This document shows, one piece after another, positions 27,820-40,563 of a stretch of DNA of 64,000 nucleotides. Every line of letters starts with the position of its first letter. The stretch's first letter is position 1. The position numbers and the translations under genes were made by a program. A model generated the notes under the pieces. The model did no database searches and was not told the origin of the DNA. It worked only from the letters and a program-made list of their open reading frames with translations. This DNA comes from Mobula hypostoma (taxonomy: Eukaryota). The DNA lies in assembly GCF_963921235.1 (NCBI RefSeq), contig NC_086097.1, positions 95,730,001-95,794,000 on the forward strand, read 5' to 3'.

Positions 27820-29680
27820 AATGTTTACAGGAATGCTTTGAATTAGCGATCTGGACCATTTTCAGAGATTCATCTTCGGATCTGACTGAATACGCCACAG
27901 TCGTCACCAACTTCATCAAGACTTGTGTGGATGGGTGTGTACTTTCAAGAACATACTGAATCTTCCCACACCAGAAGCCCTGGACAAATCTGGAGATTTG
28001 CAGAATGCTCACAGCTAGATCGGTGATATTCAAGACCAATGGACCAGAATCCAACACTGTAGAAGTCCAAGCATGAGCCACGGAAGCCATTGTGAGAGCA
28101 AAAAGGCAATTCCATGTGGAGTTAGAGATACAATCGGATTCACGTCCAATGTGGCAGGGTTTAAACGCCATGACCTCCTGCAAGGCGAAACCGAACAGCA
28201 TAGATGGCTGAGTTGCCTCACTCCCTATTTATGCACACTCTGGATGGGAAAGGATAACTATACTTATGCAAATCACCACAGCAACTCTGTGATCTCTGTC
28301 TTGGGGTCAGGGCTAGAAAATCCTTCAAGAGGGTGAACCCTCACAAGACATCCAGCCCCAGCTGTGTACCTAGCAGGGTACCGTAAACCTGTGCCAACCA
28401 ACTGGCTGGAGTGTTTAAGGATATTTTCAACCTCTCACCGCTACAGTTGTAACTCCCCTCCTGATTCAAAAGGGATTCAAACATATCAGTGCCCAAGAAG
28501 GGGATTGTGAGCTACCTCGATGACTATCACCGAGTTGCATTCACATCTACCGTGATGAAGTGCTTTGAGTGGTTGGTCATGGCTAGAATTAACTTCTGCC
28601 TAAGCAAGGCCTTGGACCACCTGGACAATAGTTATGTCAGGCTGCTATTGATCAATTATAGCTCAATCTTCAACACCATCATACCTAATTACCAAGCTTC
28701 AAAACCTGGGCCTCCATAGCTCCGTCTGCAAACAAATTCCTCACTGGGAGACAACAATCAGCGCAGATTGGTAATAACATCTCTTTCTCACTAGAAATCA
28801 ACACGGGTGCACCTCAAGGATGAACACTTAGCCAGCTGCTCTACTCTTTCTACACTCATAATTGCATGGCTAGGCACAACTCACAAGCAATATATACATT
28901 CACTGATGACACCACTGCTGCTGGCAGAACCCCAGATGGCAATGAGAAGGCGTACAGGAGTGAGATAGACTGGCTGGTTGAGTAGTGTTACAGCAAAAAC
29001 AAAAACTTGCCCTCAACATCAGCAAGACCAGGGAATTGATTATGGACTCAGGAAGGGGCAGTCAGGAGAACACACACTACTCCTCACTGAGGGGTCTGCA
29101 ATGGAAAGGGTGAGCAGATTGAAGTGCATCTCAGAGCATTGAGGCTCAATACATTGATGCAATCATGAAAATGTACCAACATCAATATTTCATTATCAAT
29201 ATTTCATTGGAAAGTTGAGATTTGTTACGGCACCAAAGACTCTAGCAAATTTATATATACACACAGCGGAGAACATTCTGACAGGTTGCATCACTGTTTG
29301 CTCTGGAGGGTCCAATGTGCAGGATTGAAAGAGGCTGCAAAGAATTGGAGACTCATCCAGCTCCATCACAGACACAAACCTCCCCAACATCAAGGACATC
29401 TTCAAAAGATGGCGTCTCAGCATCCTTCATTAAGGACCCTCATCATCCAGGTCATGCCTTCTTCTCGTTACTTCCACTGGGACAAGCCACAGGAGCCTGA
29501 AGACCCACACTCACTGTTTCAGGAACATCTTCTTCCAGCATCAGATTTCTGAACTGTCCTTGACCAAGAACACTTTGTTTCTATTACACTTTTGCACTAC
29601 TTACTGTCTTACAAAGCACTGCTGCCACAACACAATAAATCTAATGACATACATGCCGTATGTCAGTGATACTAAGATTC
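27820..29680 (+). mobile_element. Decayed Rex/Babar- or L2-like LINE
   Basis: ORF 28489..28719 (DYHRVAFTSTVMKCFEWLV), GAPQG and FTDDT remnants, and the family 3' region. Confidence 0.78.
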
Positions 29681-30094
29681 AAACCATCACAAGTCTTTCC
29701 TCTGTCCTATTCACCCCTCCCACCACCTTCTATTAAACATCTCTTTTAATCTCACTTTCACAGTTCTGATCAAGGGTTTTTGACTTGAAATGTTAACTCT
29801 GTTTTTCTTTTCAGAGATGATGCCTGATCAAAAGCTTTCTGTTTGTATTTGAATTTCTAGCATCTGCAGTCATTTGCTCTTGGACAGAGTCAATTTTCTT
29901 TAATGGTCAAGCAACAACTTACACTATACAGATACAGAATAAAGAAATCTTGTACTTAAAGCAGGTATAGCACGCTAGATATAAAAAAAAAGTTCCTAAA
30001 CTGGCTAATAAAATGCAGCAGGAGATCCACAGAAAGGATTGGATAAAGTGGGTGATTTTAAACAGGAATACTAGATTGATCTACGAATACTAGG

Positions 30095-30390
30095 TGTGGT
30101 GCATGGCCAAGTGGTTAAGGCATCAGTCTAGTGATCTGAAGGTCGCTAGTTCAACCCTCTCAGCTGAGGCAGCGTGTTGTGTCCTTGAGCAAGGCACTTA
30201 ACCACACATTGCTCTGCGACGACACTGGTGCCAAGCTGTATGGGTCCTAATGCCCTTCCCTTGGACAACATCGGTGGCGTGGAGAGGGGAGACTTGCAGC
30301 ATGGGCAACTGCTGGTCTTCCATACAATCTTGCCCAGGCCTCAGTCAACATCGAAAATCCATGGACAGTTGAAGAAGACTAGATTGATGT
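30095..30390 (+). mobile_element. tRNA-derived SINE with CORE-like middle (same family as the inner SINE at 23211-23524)
   Basis: A-box-like TGGCCAAGTGG, B-box-like AGTTCAACC, then GTGTCCTTGAGCAAGGCACTTAACC. Confidence 0.75.
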
Positions 30391-30659
30391 ACTTGGTTTA
30401 GGAGAAATTGGTTTTGAAGGGTATATCCAACAATACCCCTTTCCAAACTGTCCCTTCTGTTGCGGGAAGTGTTGCGGGAAGGGAAGTGATGAAATTCTTC
30501 CAGCCAGAGGAGGATCCTATTTAGTCCCTTCATTTGAAATTAGAGACATATTGGATATGAGGTCTTTTAGTCCCGACCCACAATGGATTCCTGCCACTCA
30601 ACGTCATTGGGCATTTGTATTTCTACTCCAAGGACAGACTTTTCCCAAGGATCTCATAG

Positions 30660-31695
30660 AGTCAGAATAAGAAGGTGAGGAGAGGGGAGGAAGAAGTACA
30701 AGGTGGCAGGTGATAGGTGAAACTGGGAGAGGGGGAAAGGGGAGGGGGGAAGTAATGAGCTGGGAAGTTGATTGGTGAAAGAGATAAAGGGCTGGAGAAG
30801 GGGGAATCTGATAGGAAAGGGTAGAAGACCATGGAAGAAATGGAAGGGAGAGGAGCACCCGAGGCAGGTGATGAGCAAGTAAGAAGAGAAGGTGTGAGAA
30901 GGAAACAAGAATGAGGAATGATGAAGATGGTGGGGGGGGCGCAATTACCAGAAGTCTGAGAAATCAATGTTCATGCCATCAGGCTGGAGACTATTCAGAT
31001 GGAATATAGGTATTGCTCCTCCAACCTGAGAGTGGCCTCATCTGGGCAGTAGAGGAAGCCATGGACTGACATGCTGAAATACGAATAGGAAGTAAAATTG
31101 AATAGAAGACCACACAAACAGGGTGAAGGTGCTCGTCCAAGTGGTCGAAGCGTCGCCTCACCTGGAAGGACTGTTTGGGGCCATGAATGGTGGTGAGGGA
31201 GGAGGTGTAGGGACAGGCGTGGCACTTGTTCCACTTGCAAGGACAGGTGCCAGGAGGGAGATCAGTGGGGAGGGATGAGTGGACAAGGGAGTCGTGTAGC
31301 GAGTGTCCCTGTGGGAAGTGGAGAGAGGAGGGGGGTGAGGGAAAGGTAAGCTTGGTGGTGGGATCCCGCTGGAGATTGTGGAAGTTACAAAGAATTATGT
31401 GCTGGACACGGAGGCTAGTGGGGTGGTAGGTGAGGACAAGAGGAGCCTTATCCCTGGCGTGGCAGCGGGAGGATGGGGCGAGGCCAGTGTTGATATTAGA
31501 GGAAGGGAACCCCTTTCTTTGAAGGAGGAGGACATCTCAGTTGTTCTGGAATGAAAAACCTCATCCTGAGAGCAGATGTGGCGGAGATAGAGGAACTGAG
31601 AAAAGGGAATAGCAGTTTTACAAGTGACAGGATGGGAAGAGGTATCGCCCAGATAGCTGTGAGAGTCAGTGGGTTTATAAAAGACATCAGCAGAC
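30660..31695 (-). mobile_element. Penelope-like element remnant
   Basis: Reverse-strand homolog of 24420-25550; ORF 30995..31240 ends MSVHGFLYCPDEATLRLEEQYL. Confidence 0.82.
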
Positions 31696-31944
31696 TTTAG
31701 TGTCTGCTCTGTCTAAAGAAGAGAAGTGAGAGCTGGGACTTGGAGTGGGAGCTGTGAGAGTTTAAAAGAGATGGGCCTTGGGACTGCTAGTGAGTTCCAC
31801 TTAAAAGGGGCATGTTTGGCAAAGTGCTAGTTAATTGGCTAATGAGCTAACTAACAGCAGCTAAGGAAAGGAAGTTAGGAAGAAGTGGAGCAGCCACTTT
31901 GAGAAGGATCAGCTGGTTGTCAAAGTGTAGGCTTTGGTGAGGAG

Positions 31945-32024
31945 CATTAGCTCTCAACCTTTTTTATGCTACTGACCCCTACCATTAACCGAGAGGTCTG
32001 TGGACCCCAGGCTGGGAACCCCCG
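31945..32024. mobile_element. About 80-bp hAT/Charlie-type MITE
   Basis: Degenerate CAGGGGTTCCCAACC-type termini; 8-bp flanks GTGAGGAG (31937-31944) and ATGAGGAG (32025-32032); reverse homolog of 58803-58883. Confidence 0.65.
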
Positions 32025-34101
32025 ATGAGGAGGCCGAGCAAGCCAAGGTAACGAGAGAGTAGGTTTTCATTTTGTTCCCTCAAAGCTCACGTGTTACGGC
32101 AGGTGAGTGCAGGGAGGCTGCCGATGACTACGTGTGTCAGAAGTGCATCAAGCTGCAGCTCCAGTCAAACCACACAGCGGCACTGGAGCTGTGCATGGAT
32201 TGACTCGGAAACATCTGTAATGGTGAGAATGTTGTGGATAACATGTTCAGTGAGTTAGTCACACTGCAGGCTAAAGAGCTAAGAGAAGACTGGGAATGAG
32301 GACCAACAGTAGCAGGAAGCCTGTGGTCATCTCTCTCCAAAATAAATATACTGCTTTAGACACAAAATGCTGGAGGTACTCAGCAGATCAGGCAGCATCT
32401 ATGGAGTTAATGCTTTGGGCTGAAACCCTTCAACAGGACAGAAAAGGAAGGGTACAAAAGCCAGAAAAAGGAGGAGAAGGGGAGGGAGTACAAGCTGGCA
32501 GATGATAGGTGAGGTCAGGTGAGGGGAAAGGTGGGTGGATGGGTGGGGTGGGGTGGGGGGGAGAAGAAGTAAGAAGTTGGGCGGGGGGAAGACTAAAGAG
32601 TGGAAGAGCTAGAGTGGTTGGGGATTCCATGGTTAGGGAATGGACAGGAGCTTCTGTGACTGCAAAAGGAACTCCCAGTTGGTCTGTAGTCTCTTGGGTG
32701 CAAGGGACAGGGATGTCTTTGAGTGGCTGCAGAGCATTCTAAAAAGGGAAGGTGAACAGCCAGTTGTCCTGGTACACGTAAGTAAAAACAATATAGGGGG
32801 GGAAAGTGTTGAAATTGGGAAGCCAGGACATAAATTAAAAGTCGGATCTCAAAGATAATAATCTCAGGATTACTAACTGTGCCACTTGCTAGTCAGAGAA
32901 GGAATAGCAGAATAGATAAGATGGATATGGGTGATGTGAGCAGTGATGCAGGAGAGAAACTTTTAGATTCCTGGGGCACTGGAACCAGTTCTTGTGAAGA
33001 TGGGACCAGTGTAAACCAGACTGCCTACGCCTGGGCAGAACTGGGATTAATGGCCTAGTGGAAGTGTGTGGTAGTGATGTTGGGAAGGGTTTAAACACCA
33101 CTATACCACATATGGCAGGAAGATGGGAATCCATGGAGAAGAGGGGAGCAATGTGGAAACCAAAACAAAAGTTAGAAAAGAGAAAGGTAAGAGTTTTGAA
33201 ACAAGGTCAGTGAATTTGTGGCACAAACCCGTACAAAGGGGTATGATTTAGTGGCCATTATGGAAATGTGGCTGCAGGGTAGAAGTGTATGTGAATTAAA
33301 TACCCGAGGGTATCAGGTAATATGAAAAGATAGGCACGAAGGCAAGGGAGGTGGGGTAGTGCTGTTAATTAAGGATGAGATCAGGGCGATAGAGAGAGTT
33401 TATATAAAATCTAAGGAGCAGAATGTTGAGTCCATCTGGGCAGAGATTGGCATTAATAATAAGGGACAAAAAAAATCACTGGTGGGAGTTGTCTATAGAC
33501 CTCCAAATATAACATTACAGAGGCACAGGCAATAAGCCAAGAGATATCTGATGTGTTCAAGAATGGAACAGCAGTTCTCATGGGGACTTCAACTTGCACA
33601 TACAGTGGATAGGGCAAATAATATGGTCGAAGACTTCATAGAATGTACCTACGATAGCTTTCTTAAACAGCACGTTACTGAACGTACCAGGGGAAGTGTT
33701 ATCTTGCATCTGTAATAAGACAGGTAAAAGTAATAATCTTGTAATTTGTGCTTCTCTTGGACAGAGTGATCACAGTATGATTGAAACCAATGTACTATGC
33801 CTAAACAAGGGAGACTACAATGGAGTGAGGGAGGAGTTGACGAGCATAGACTGGAAATTCAGGCTATATGATGAGACAGCTGAAGAACAGTGGAAGACTT
33901 TCAAATGATTTTTTCAGTGCTGACTAGAAGTATGTTCCAGTTCAGAGCAAGGGCAATATGGGTGGGGAGAGTTGGCCTTGGGTAATCTATAAAATAAAGG
34001 AGGACAAAAACTGAAAGCTCATGCATACAAAAGTCATTGGAAGATTGGGAAAACTTTATAAAGTAAAGAACCACTAAACAAGCAAGATACTTCATGAAAG
34101 T

Positions 34102-34694
34102 GCAGACACGAGGAAATCTGCAGATGCTAGAAGTTCAAGCAACACACACAAAAACTGCTGGTGAACGCAGCAGGCCAGGCAGCATCTCTAGGAAGAGGTA
34201 CAGTCGACGTTTCAGGCCGAGACCCTTCGTCAGGACTAACTGAAGGAAGAGCTAGTAAGAGATTTGAAAGTGGGAGGGGTTGGGGGAGGGGGAGATCCAA
34301 AATGATAGGAGAAGACAGGAGGGGGAGGGATGGAGCCAAGAGCTGGAGAAGGGAGAGGATCAAGGGACAGGAAGCCTGGGGAGAAAGAGAAGGGGGGAGG
34401 GGAGCCCAGAGGTGGAGAGCAGGCAAGGAGTTATAGTGAGAGAGACGGAGGGAGGAAAAAGAGAGAGAGATAAAAAAGGGGGGGAATAAAAAATATATTA
34501 AAGAAATAAATAAGGGATGGGATGTGAAGGGGAGGAGGGGGATTAACGGAAGTTAGAGCCTCCCACTTTCAAATCTCTTACTATCTTTTCTTTCAGTTAG
34601 TCCTGACGAAGGGTCCCAGCCTGAAACATCGACTGTACCTCCTCCTATAGATGCTGCCCGGCCTGCTGCGTTCACCAGCATTTTTTGTGTGTGT
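34102..34694. mobile_element. Inverted pair of Penelope pseudo-LTRs (fold-back insertion) with 14-bp TSD
   Basis: Left arm is minus-oriented and right arm plus-oriented. Flanks are TACTTCATGAAAGT (34088-34101) and TACTTCATAAAAGT (34695-34708). Confidence 0.85.
34202..34237 (-). ncRNA. Minimal type I hammerhead ribozyme motif (Penelope-associated), intact core
   Basis: Minus strand reads AGUC-CUGACGA-AGGGUCUCGGCCU-GAAAC-GUC-GACU: helix I AGUC/GACU, CUGANGA and GAAA boxes, helix II AGG/CCU, palindromic ACGU and a GUC cleavage triplet. Confidence 0.8.
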
Positions 34695-35763
34695 TACTTC
34701 ATAAAAGTAACTGGCCCAAAGTATGAAAACAGTAAGATGTTGTTATATAAAGCAGAAAATTTGAATGGCTTAAGATGGTGCTGAGCTGTGACCTCCATTA
34801 GGAGGTTTTTTGTGGAATTTTTGGGATCCGATTATTATATAAATGGTGAAAGATTGTGGCATGCTGTTCTGCAAAGAGACTGGGGAGTACTTGTGCATGA
34901 ATCACAAAGATGGTTGGCAGGTACAACAGGTTATCAGGAGGAGATTAAATGTTGGTCTTCATGCTAGAGGAATTGAATTTTGAAGTTTTGTTTCAACTGT
35001 ACACGGTACTGGTGAGGCTACACCTGGTGTACTGAGTACTATTCTGGTCTCTTTACTTGTGGAAAAATACACCGACTTTGGAGGCGGTGCAAAGGAGGTT
35101 CACCAGACTGATCGTTGCGATGAAGGGATTAGCTTACGAGAAGAGATTGGAATTCAGAGGAATAAAGGGATAAAAAATATCTATAAAATTATGAAAGGAA
35201 CAGAATAATAAAATTATAAGACAGAAGCAGGCAAGTTGTTTCCATTAGTAGAGACTAGAACTAGGAGATAGAGACTCAAGATTCAGGACTAGATTTAGGA
35301 TGCAGATGGAACTGCTTTTCCCAGAGAATAATGAAACTGTGTAATTCTCTGCAGCAGTAGAGGTTACCTCATTAAATATTTAATATTACGTGGAGAGGCC
35401 AGATAAATGGACCTATGTACATGGCCAGATATGCCATGACATCACTGAATGTCAGTGCAGGCTCAATGGGCCAGGTGGCCTAGTCCTCCTTAAGTTCTTA
35501 TGAGTGTCACATGCATATCCTCTTACAAATTGCTTTCAGAAACAATATGAGACAGGAACTTTGACCTATTCCCTCTCCCTTGTCCAGGGACTAGTTAATT
35601 TACCCGTGGCCGGTGTGTTGGACGGTGAGTCAATGCCCGGTGAACGGTATAGTTCAATGGTGGCTCAGAGCGGCAGACAAACTGCTGGCATCTAATACAA
35701 ACGACTGAAATGTCTACATAGAAACATGACAGATGATAAATGCTTGCTGAAGCTGACTCTTAC

Positions 35764-35827
35764 CTCACGTTCCAGATAGGACAAAAGCAACTCTGTTTCA
35801 TTTAACAACGTAACGCTGCACTTTCCC
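35764..35827 (-). CDS. MTA1: MTA1-like coding exon (64 bp, BAH domain)
   Basis: (R)GKCSVTLLNETELLLSYLERE. Acceptor TTCCAG|, donor GAG|GTAAGA. Phase matches the exons on both sides. Confidence 0.93.
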
Positions 35828-36089
35828 CTGGAAGGGAATTGAAAAAGGTGTCAGTAAGAGTCTCGGACAGGTACACAGAACTCCTCCCTTCCACTGTTGG
35901 AAGATCTTGGGTTTGAGGCGTACTCAAAAACTGATGACATAGCTCAGGTCTGAATGCGGTGCCGTACTCCTGGAGGTATCCTGTTCAGGTGAGACATCAC
36001 ACCTCCTGTCCTGTGTGGAAGAATTTGAAGAAAATAAGGGAGTTTTGAAAGTGGTTGATTAATCAGTGGAGGGGTGGGGGACAGTGATT

Positions 36090-37565
36090 AGGGGCCATCA
36101 GCATGGCTTTGTGTGTGGGGAATTCAAGTATTACAAACTTAATTAATATTTGATGTGACCAAGAAGAATTTGAGGTCATGGTCAATATGGACTTTAATAA
36201 GGCCTTTAAGCTGCCCTGGAATATTACACTGCATGGAATTTAGGAGGGGCTGGCTAATTGGAATCACAACTAACTTGATGGTAGGAAGTAAACGATGACG
36301 GTGGAAAGTCATTTCGCAGAGTGGGAGCCTGTGACAAGTGATGTGCCTCAGGGGTCAGTGCTGGGTCCCTTGTTTGTCACTTATAATAACAATCTGGATA
36401 AGATTGGCACGGTAAGTTTGCAAATGACATGAAAACAGGTGCTGTAGTAGACGGTGAAAATGATCAAAAATAGTTGATAAACTAAGTAAGTGGGTTGAAG
36501 AATAGCAAATGGGGTTTTAATTTGGAAATGTGCGAGGTGTTGTAATTTGGAAAGTCAATCCAGGCAGGTCTTTCACAGTGAATGAACGGACTCTGGGGAG
36601 CGTTATTGAACAGAGGGAGCTTGGAGTTCAAGTACAAAGTTCCCTGAAATTGGAGTCACCAGCAGGCAGACTGGTGAAGAAATCTTGTGACACATGAGTG
36701 TAATCAGTCAGGATACTACATATACAAGTTGGGAGGTCATGGTACAGTTGTACAAGGCATTGCTGAGACTGTGTTCTTGAGTATTGTGTTCAGTTTCGGT
36801 TGCCCTACTATAGGAAAAATCTACAGGGATGCGGCCAGACTAAGTGACAGGGAGAGATTGGACAAGCTAGGACTTCATTCCATGGAGTGTAGGAGATGGA
36901 GAAGTATTCATATTGAGGTGTATAAAATCATGCGGGGCATTGATAGGGTGGATACACTTGATATATTGATAGGGTGGATACACATAGTCTCATTCATTTA
37001 TTTAGAGATACAGTGTGGATCAGGCCATTCCAGCCCAGCGCCGGATTGCTCACCAACACACCTTTTTAACCCTAGACTAATGACAGGACAACTCACAATG
37101 TCCAATTAACCTATTGACAAATACATCTTTGGACTGTGGGAGTTAAATGGAGCACCTGGAGGAAACCCACGTGGTCACAGGAAGAACGTACATATTCCAG
37201 GGTTGGAGAATTAAACTTGAGGCCACAGATTTAGACCATAAGATATGGGAGCAGAATTTTGTCCCATCGAAACTGCTCTGCCATTTGATCGTGACTTACT
37301 TTATTTAAGGCTAGAGGAAATATTTAATAGGTACTTGAGAGAAACATTTTTTAAACCCTTAGTGTAGAATGCATGTGGAATAAGAAGCCAAAGGAAGTGG
37401 TTGAAGCAGGAGTATTAACTGTTTAAAAGATATTTGGGCAGGTACATGGATGAGAAAGGTTTAGAAGGTTATGGGCCGAATGCCGGGACTAGCTTGGAAT
37501 GACATCTTGGTCGGCACGGTCTGGTCAAGGCCAAAGGGTCTGTTCCATGCTCTATGACTCTATGT
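36090..37565 (+). mobile_element. Decayed CR1 LINE 3' half with an inserted V-SINE (about 36995-37190, minus)
   Basis: VPQGSVLGP-like sequence at about 36345, EVYKIMRGIDRVD, and a (CTATGACT)n-type tail at about 37550. Confidence 0.75.
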
Positions 37566-38280
37566 TCCTCCAGACTCCTGGATAATCTTCAACTCTCAAT
37601 CAACATCCTAAAGTAAGATCACAGATAGCTGAAAATCTGAAATACACAGCAGGTCTGTCAGCATCTGAAAAGAAAAACAGTTAACATTTCAGGTCAAAGA
37701 GCCATCACCAAAGCATGTAAATGTTAGAAATTAAATGCATTATATGCTGAAAAGAAGGAAGGGGTGGAGAAGTAAGGGGACATTTGTAATATAGTGAAGG
37801 ACATTGGTGATGGTGGTGCTGACTGAGAGGGCGGGGAAGGCTTGTTAATTGACCCTCCTCCAGTCAAGAGAAGGATACTAATACAAACAGATGGCGGAGT
37901 GAAAACTTGCTAGGACTACCAGAAACAAAACACTGTGGTTGCTGTAATATGAATTGACATAGGAATTCTGGGAATATCCAGAGGGTCAGGCAGCATCTGG
38001 TAAAGAGGAAAATCTGAGTTATACTCACAAGTTGATGACATTACATCAGAACTAGCCAGTCTTGATGTTCTCATTGACATGCATCATGAGGAATAACTAA
38101 GATAGGATTATGCCTCATCTGTGGGATCGCTTACCCAATTTAGTCATTGGGACTCGATTCAGCTGGGAAAACACTTTACTCTATATGAGTTCAGTGACTA
38201 CTATTGGCTAATTATGGTCACATGTACCAAGATATAGTGAAAAGTGTCTTTTTTTATTTTCATGCCATCCAGACAGACCA

Positions 38281-38532
38281 TACATACACACATATATACA
38301 CACATACACACACACATATATACACACATACATACACACATACACACACACATATACACATATATACACACATACACACATACATACACACATATATACA
38401 CACATACATACACACATACACACACACATATATACACACATACATACATACACACACACACACATACACACATATATACACACATACACACATATATACA
38501 CACATACACACATACATACACACACACATACA
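38281..38532. repeat. Compound (CA/TA)n microsatellite, about 250 bp
   Basis: Continuous alternation of A with C or T (TACATACACACATATATACA...). Confidence 0.97.
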
Positions 38533-39314
38533 CTGAAAAAGGAAAAAGAATGCAAAGTTTAGTGGGGACGCAAGACATTGCAGACACTGGAAATCTGCAG
38601 CAAGGAAGCTGGAGGAGTTCAGAAGGTCCGGCTGCATCTTTGGAGGGAAATTAACAGTTGACGTATCAGGCTGAGCTGTTGATCAGGACTAGAAAGGGGA
38701 AAGATGGCCAATATAAAAAGGGAGGGGGGAGGGGGCAGGGAGGGAAAGGTGAGGGGAGGCAGTGTAAGAGCTGGCAGACGATAAGTGGATCTATGTTAGG
38801 GGGTGATCGGCAGGTGAGGAAAAGGTGGGAGTAGTGGCAGGCTGGGCCCTAAATGGGTGGAGGAGAAAAGAGCTAAATCTAATTGGAGAGGACAGTGGGC
38901 CATGGGGTAAAGGGAAGGAGGTAGGGAGAGGAACCAATGGGAGGAATAGGTGGGTGGTAAACAGATAAAGAAGGTGGGGAGAAGAGGAAAGGGATGGGGT
39001 GACTGCGGCCAGTGGGATTTTGCCAATTCTCTGCATAGATGCTGCCTGTCCTGCTGAGTGCCTCCAGCTTTTTGTGCAGAAAATAGTAAAGCAGTTACAG
39101 AGGGTGCAATGTAGGTAGACAAATAGCCAAGGTCATCGTCATTTCTGAGTTCCTTTTCCTGCTTTGACATAGCAATTTTGGAACTATGGAATGAATTGTT
39201 GCACCATTATAGACACCTTTCAAACATCAATACATTGCTGAGAGCCCTGAGTCACTGATAGGTTGGGCAAAATGAGTTTGACAGATTTCCTCCTGAAAGA
39301 TTTTGTGAACCAAA

Positions 39315-40285
39315 GTTCTTAGTAAATTTATTATCAAGGTATGTATGTTACCACAAACAACCCTGAAATTCATTTTCTTCATGACGTTCACAACAGAACA
39401 AAGAAATACAATTGAATCAATGAAAAGCTACAAAGTCTAACAAACAACCAATGTGCAAAAGAAGACAAACTGAAAACAAACTAATAAATAATCATAGTAA
39501 ATCAATAATACTGAGAACATGAGATGCAGAATCCTTGAAAGTGGGTCCAAAGGTTGTGGAATTTATTTAGTGTTGGGGTGAGTGAAGTTATCCATACTGG
39601 TTCAGAAGCTTGATTGTTGGAGGGTAATAACTGCTCCTGAACCTGGTGGTGTGAAACCCAAGGCTCCTGTACCTCCTTCCCGATGGCAGCAGTAAGAAGA
39701 CAGCATGGCCTAGGTGGTGGAGGTCCTCGATGATTAATGCTGCTTTCTCATGGTAGCACTCCAGTGCTCAATGGTGGGAAGGGTCTTTCCTGTGAAGGAC
39801 TGGGCTGTATCCAACACTTTTTGTAGGCTTTCTGTTCTGGGGCATTGGTATTTTCACACCAGGTCATGATACAACCAGTCAGGATACTCTCCACTGTGCA
39901 TCTATAGAAATTTGTCAAGGTCTTAGATGACTTAGTGAATCTTTACGAATTCCTACAAAAGTAAAGACACTGCCATGTCTTCTTTGTAATGGCAGTTAAA
40001 GGCTGGTCTTAGGACAGATCCACTGATACGATAAGGCCAAGGAATTTAAAGTTACTAACCCTCTCCACCTCCAAACCCCCTTTCTTCCTCCTGCAGTCAA
40101 TAATCAGCTGTTCGGTTTCACTGATGTTCATTGAGGGGTGATTGTTGCGGCACCATTCAACCAGATTTTCAATCTCCCTCTTATACGCTGAATCGTCAGC
40201 AAACTAAAATATGGCACTGGAGCTGTACTTAGCCTCACCATCATAAGAATAAAGCAAGTCGAGCAGGGGGATAAACACACAGCCA
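39315..40285 (-). mobile_element. Rex/Babar- or L2-like LINE 3' fragment
   Basis: Reverse homolog of the family 3' region seen at 25760-26080 and 29200-29550 (FYRCTVESILTGCI-like at about 39870-39910). Confidence 0.7.
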
Positions 40286-40563
40286 GATAAGTTTTTTGTA
40301 ATCACATGGTCGTGTTGTTCATTATTACCAAGATCCTGGCACAGCACACAGCTGCTCAGCATCAGAAGACTTCTGGGGTTAAAATAAAATCAAAAGAACT
40401 ACAGATGCTGGAAATGCAAAAGGAAAATGGGAAACACAGGAGATTCTCAAGTCAGGATTAATGTTTCAAATCAATGGCTTGTCACCAAACTGAAACTTAT
40501 CATTTTTTTCCCTCCTGCCTGACGTAATGTATCTCTAACATTTTCTATTCACAGGGCTGAGAC

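Larger units (their letters stand above)
32040..35505 (+). mobile_element. Heavily decayed CR1 LINE (ORF1 and ORF2 remnants) interrupted by Penelope pseudo-LTR inserts
   Basis: ORF1-like ILKREGEQPVVLVHVS (32640..32858), APE remnant SLGQSDHSMIE (33696..33908) and CR1 3' region at 34830-35505. Confidence 0.75.

Noticed and set aside
30095..30175. tRNA gene
   Set aside because: A/B-box-like head continues into a SINE body seen elsewhere in the window; no complete cloverleaf.
38201..38654. His/Thr- and Val/Cys-rich ORFs
   Set aside because: Translations of the (CA/TA)n microsatellite.
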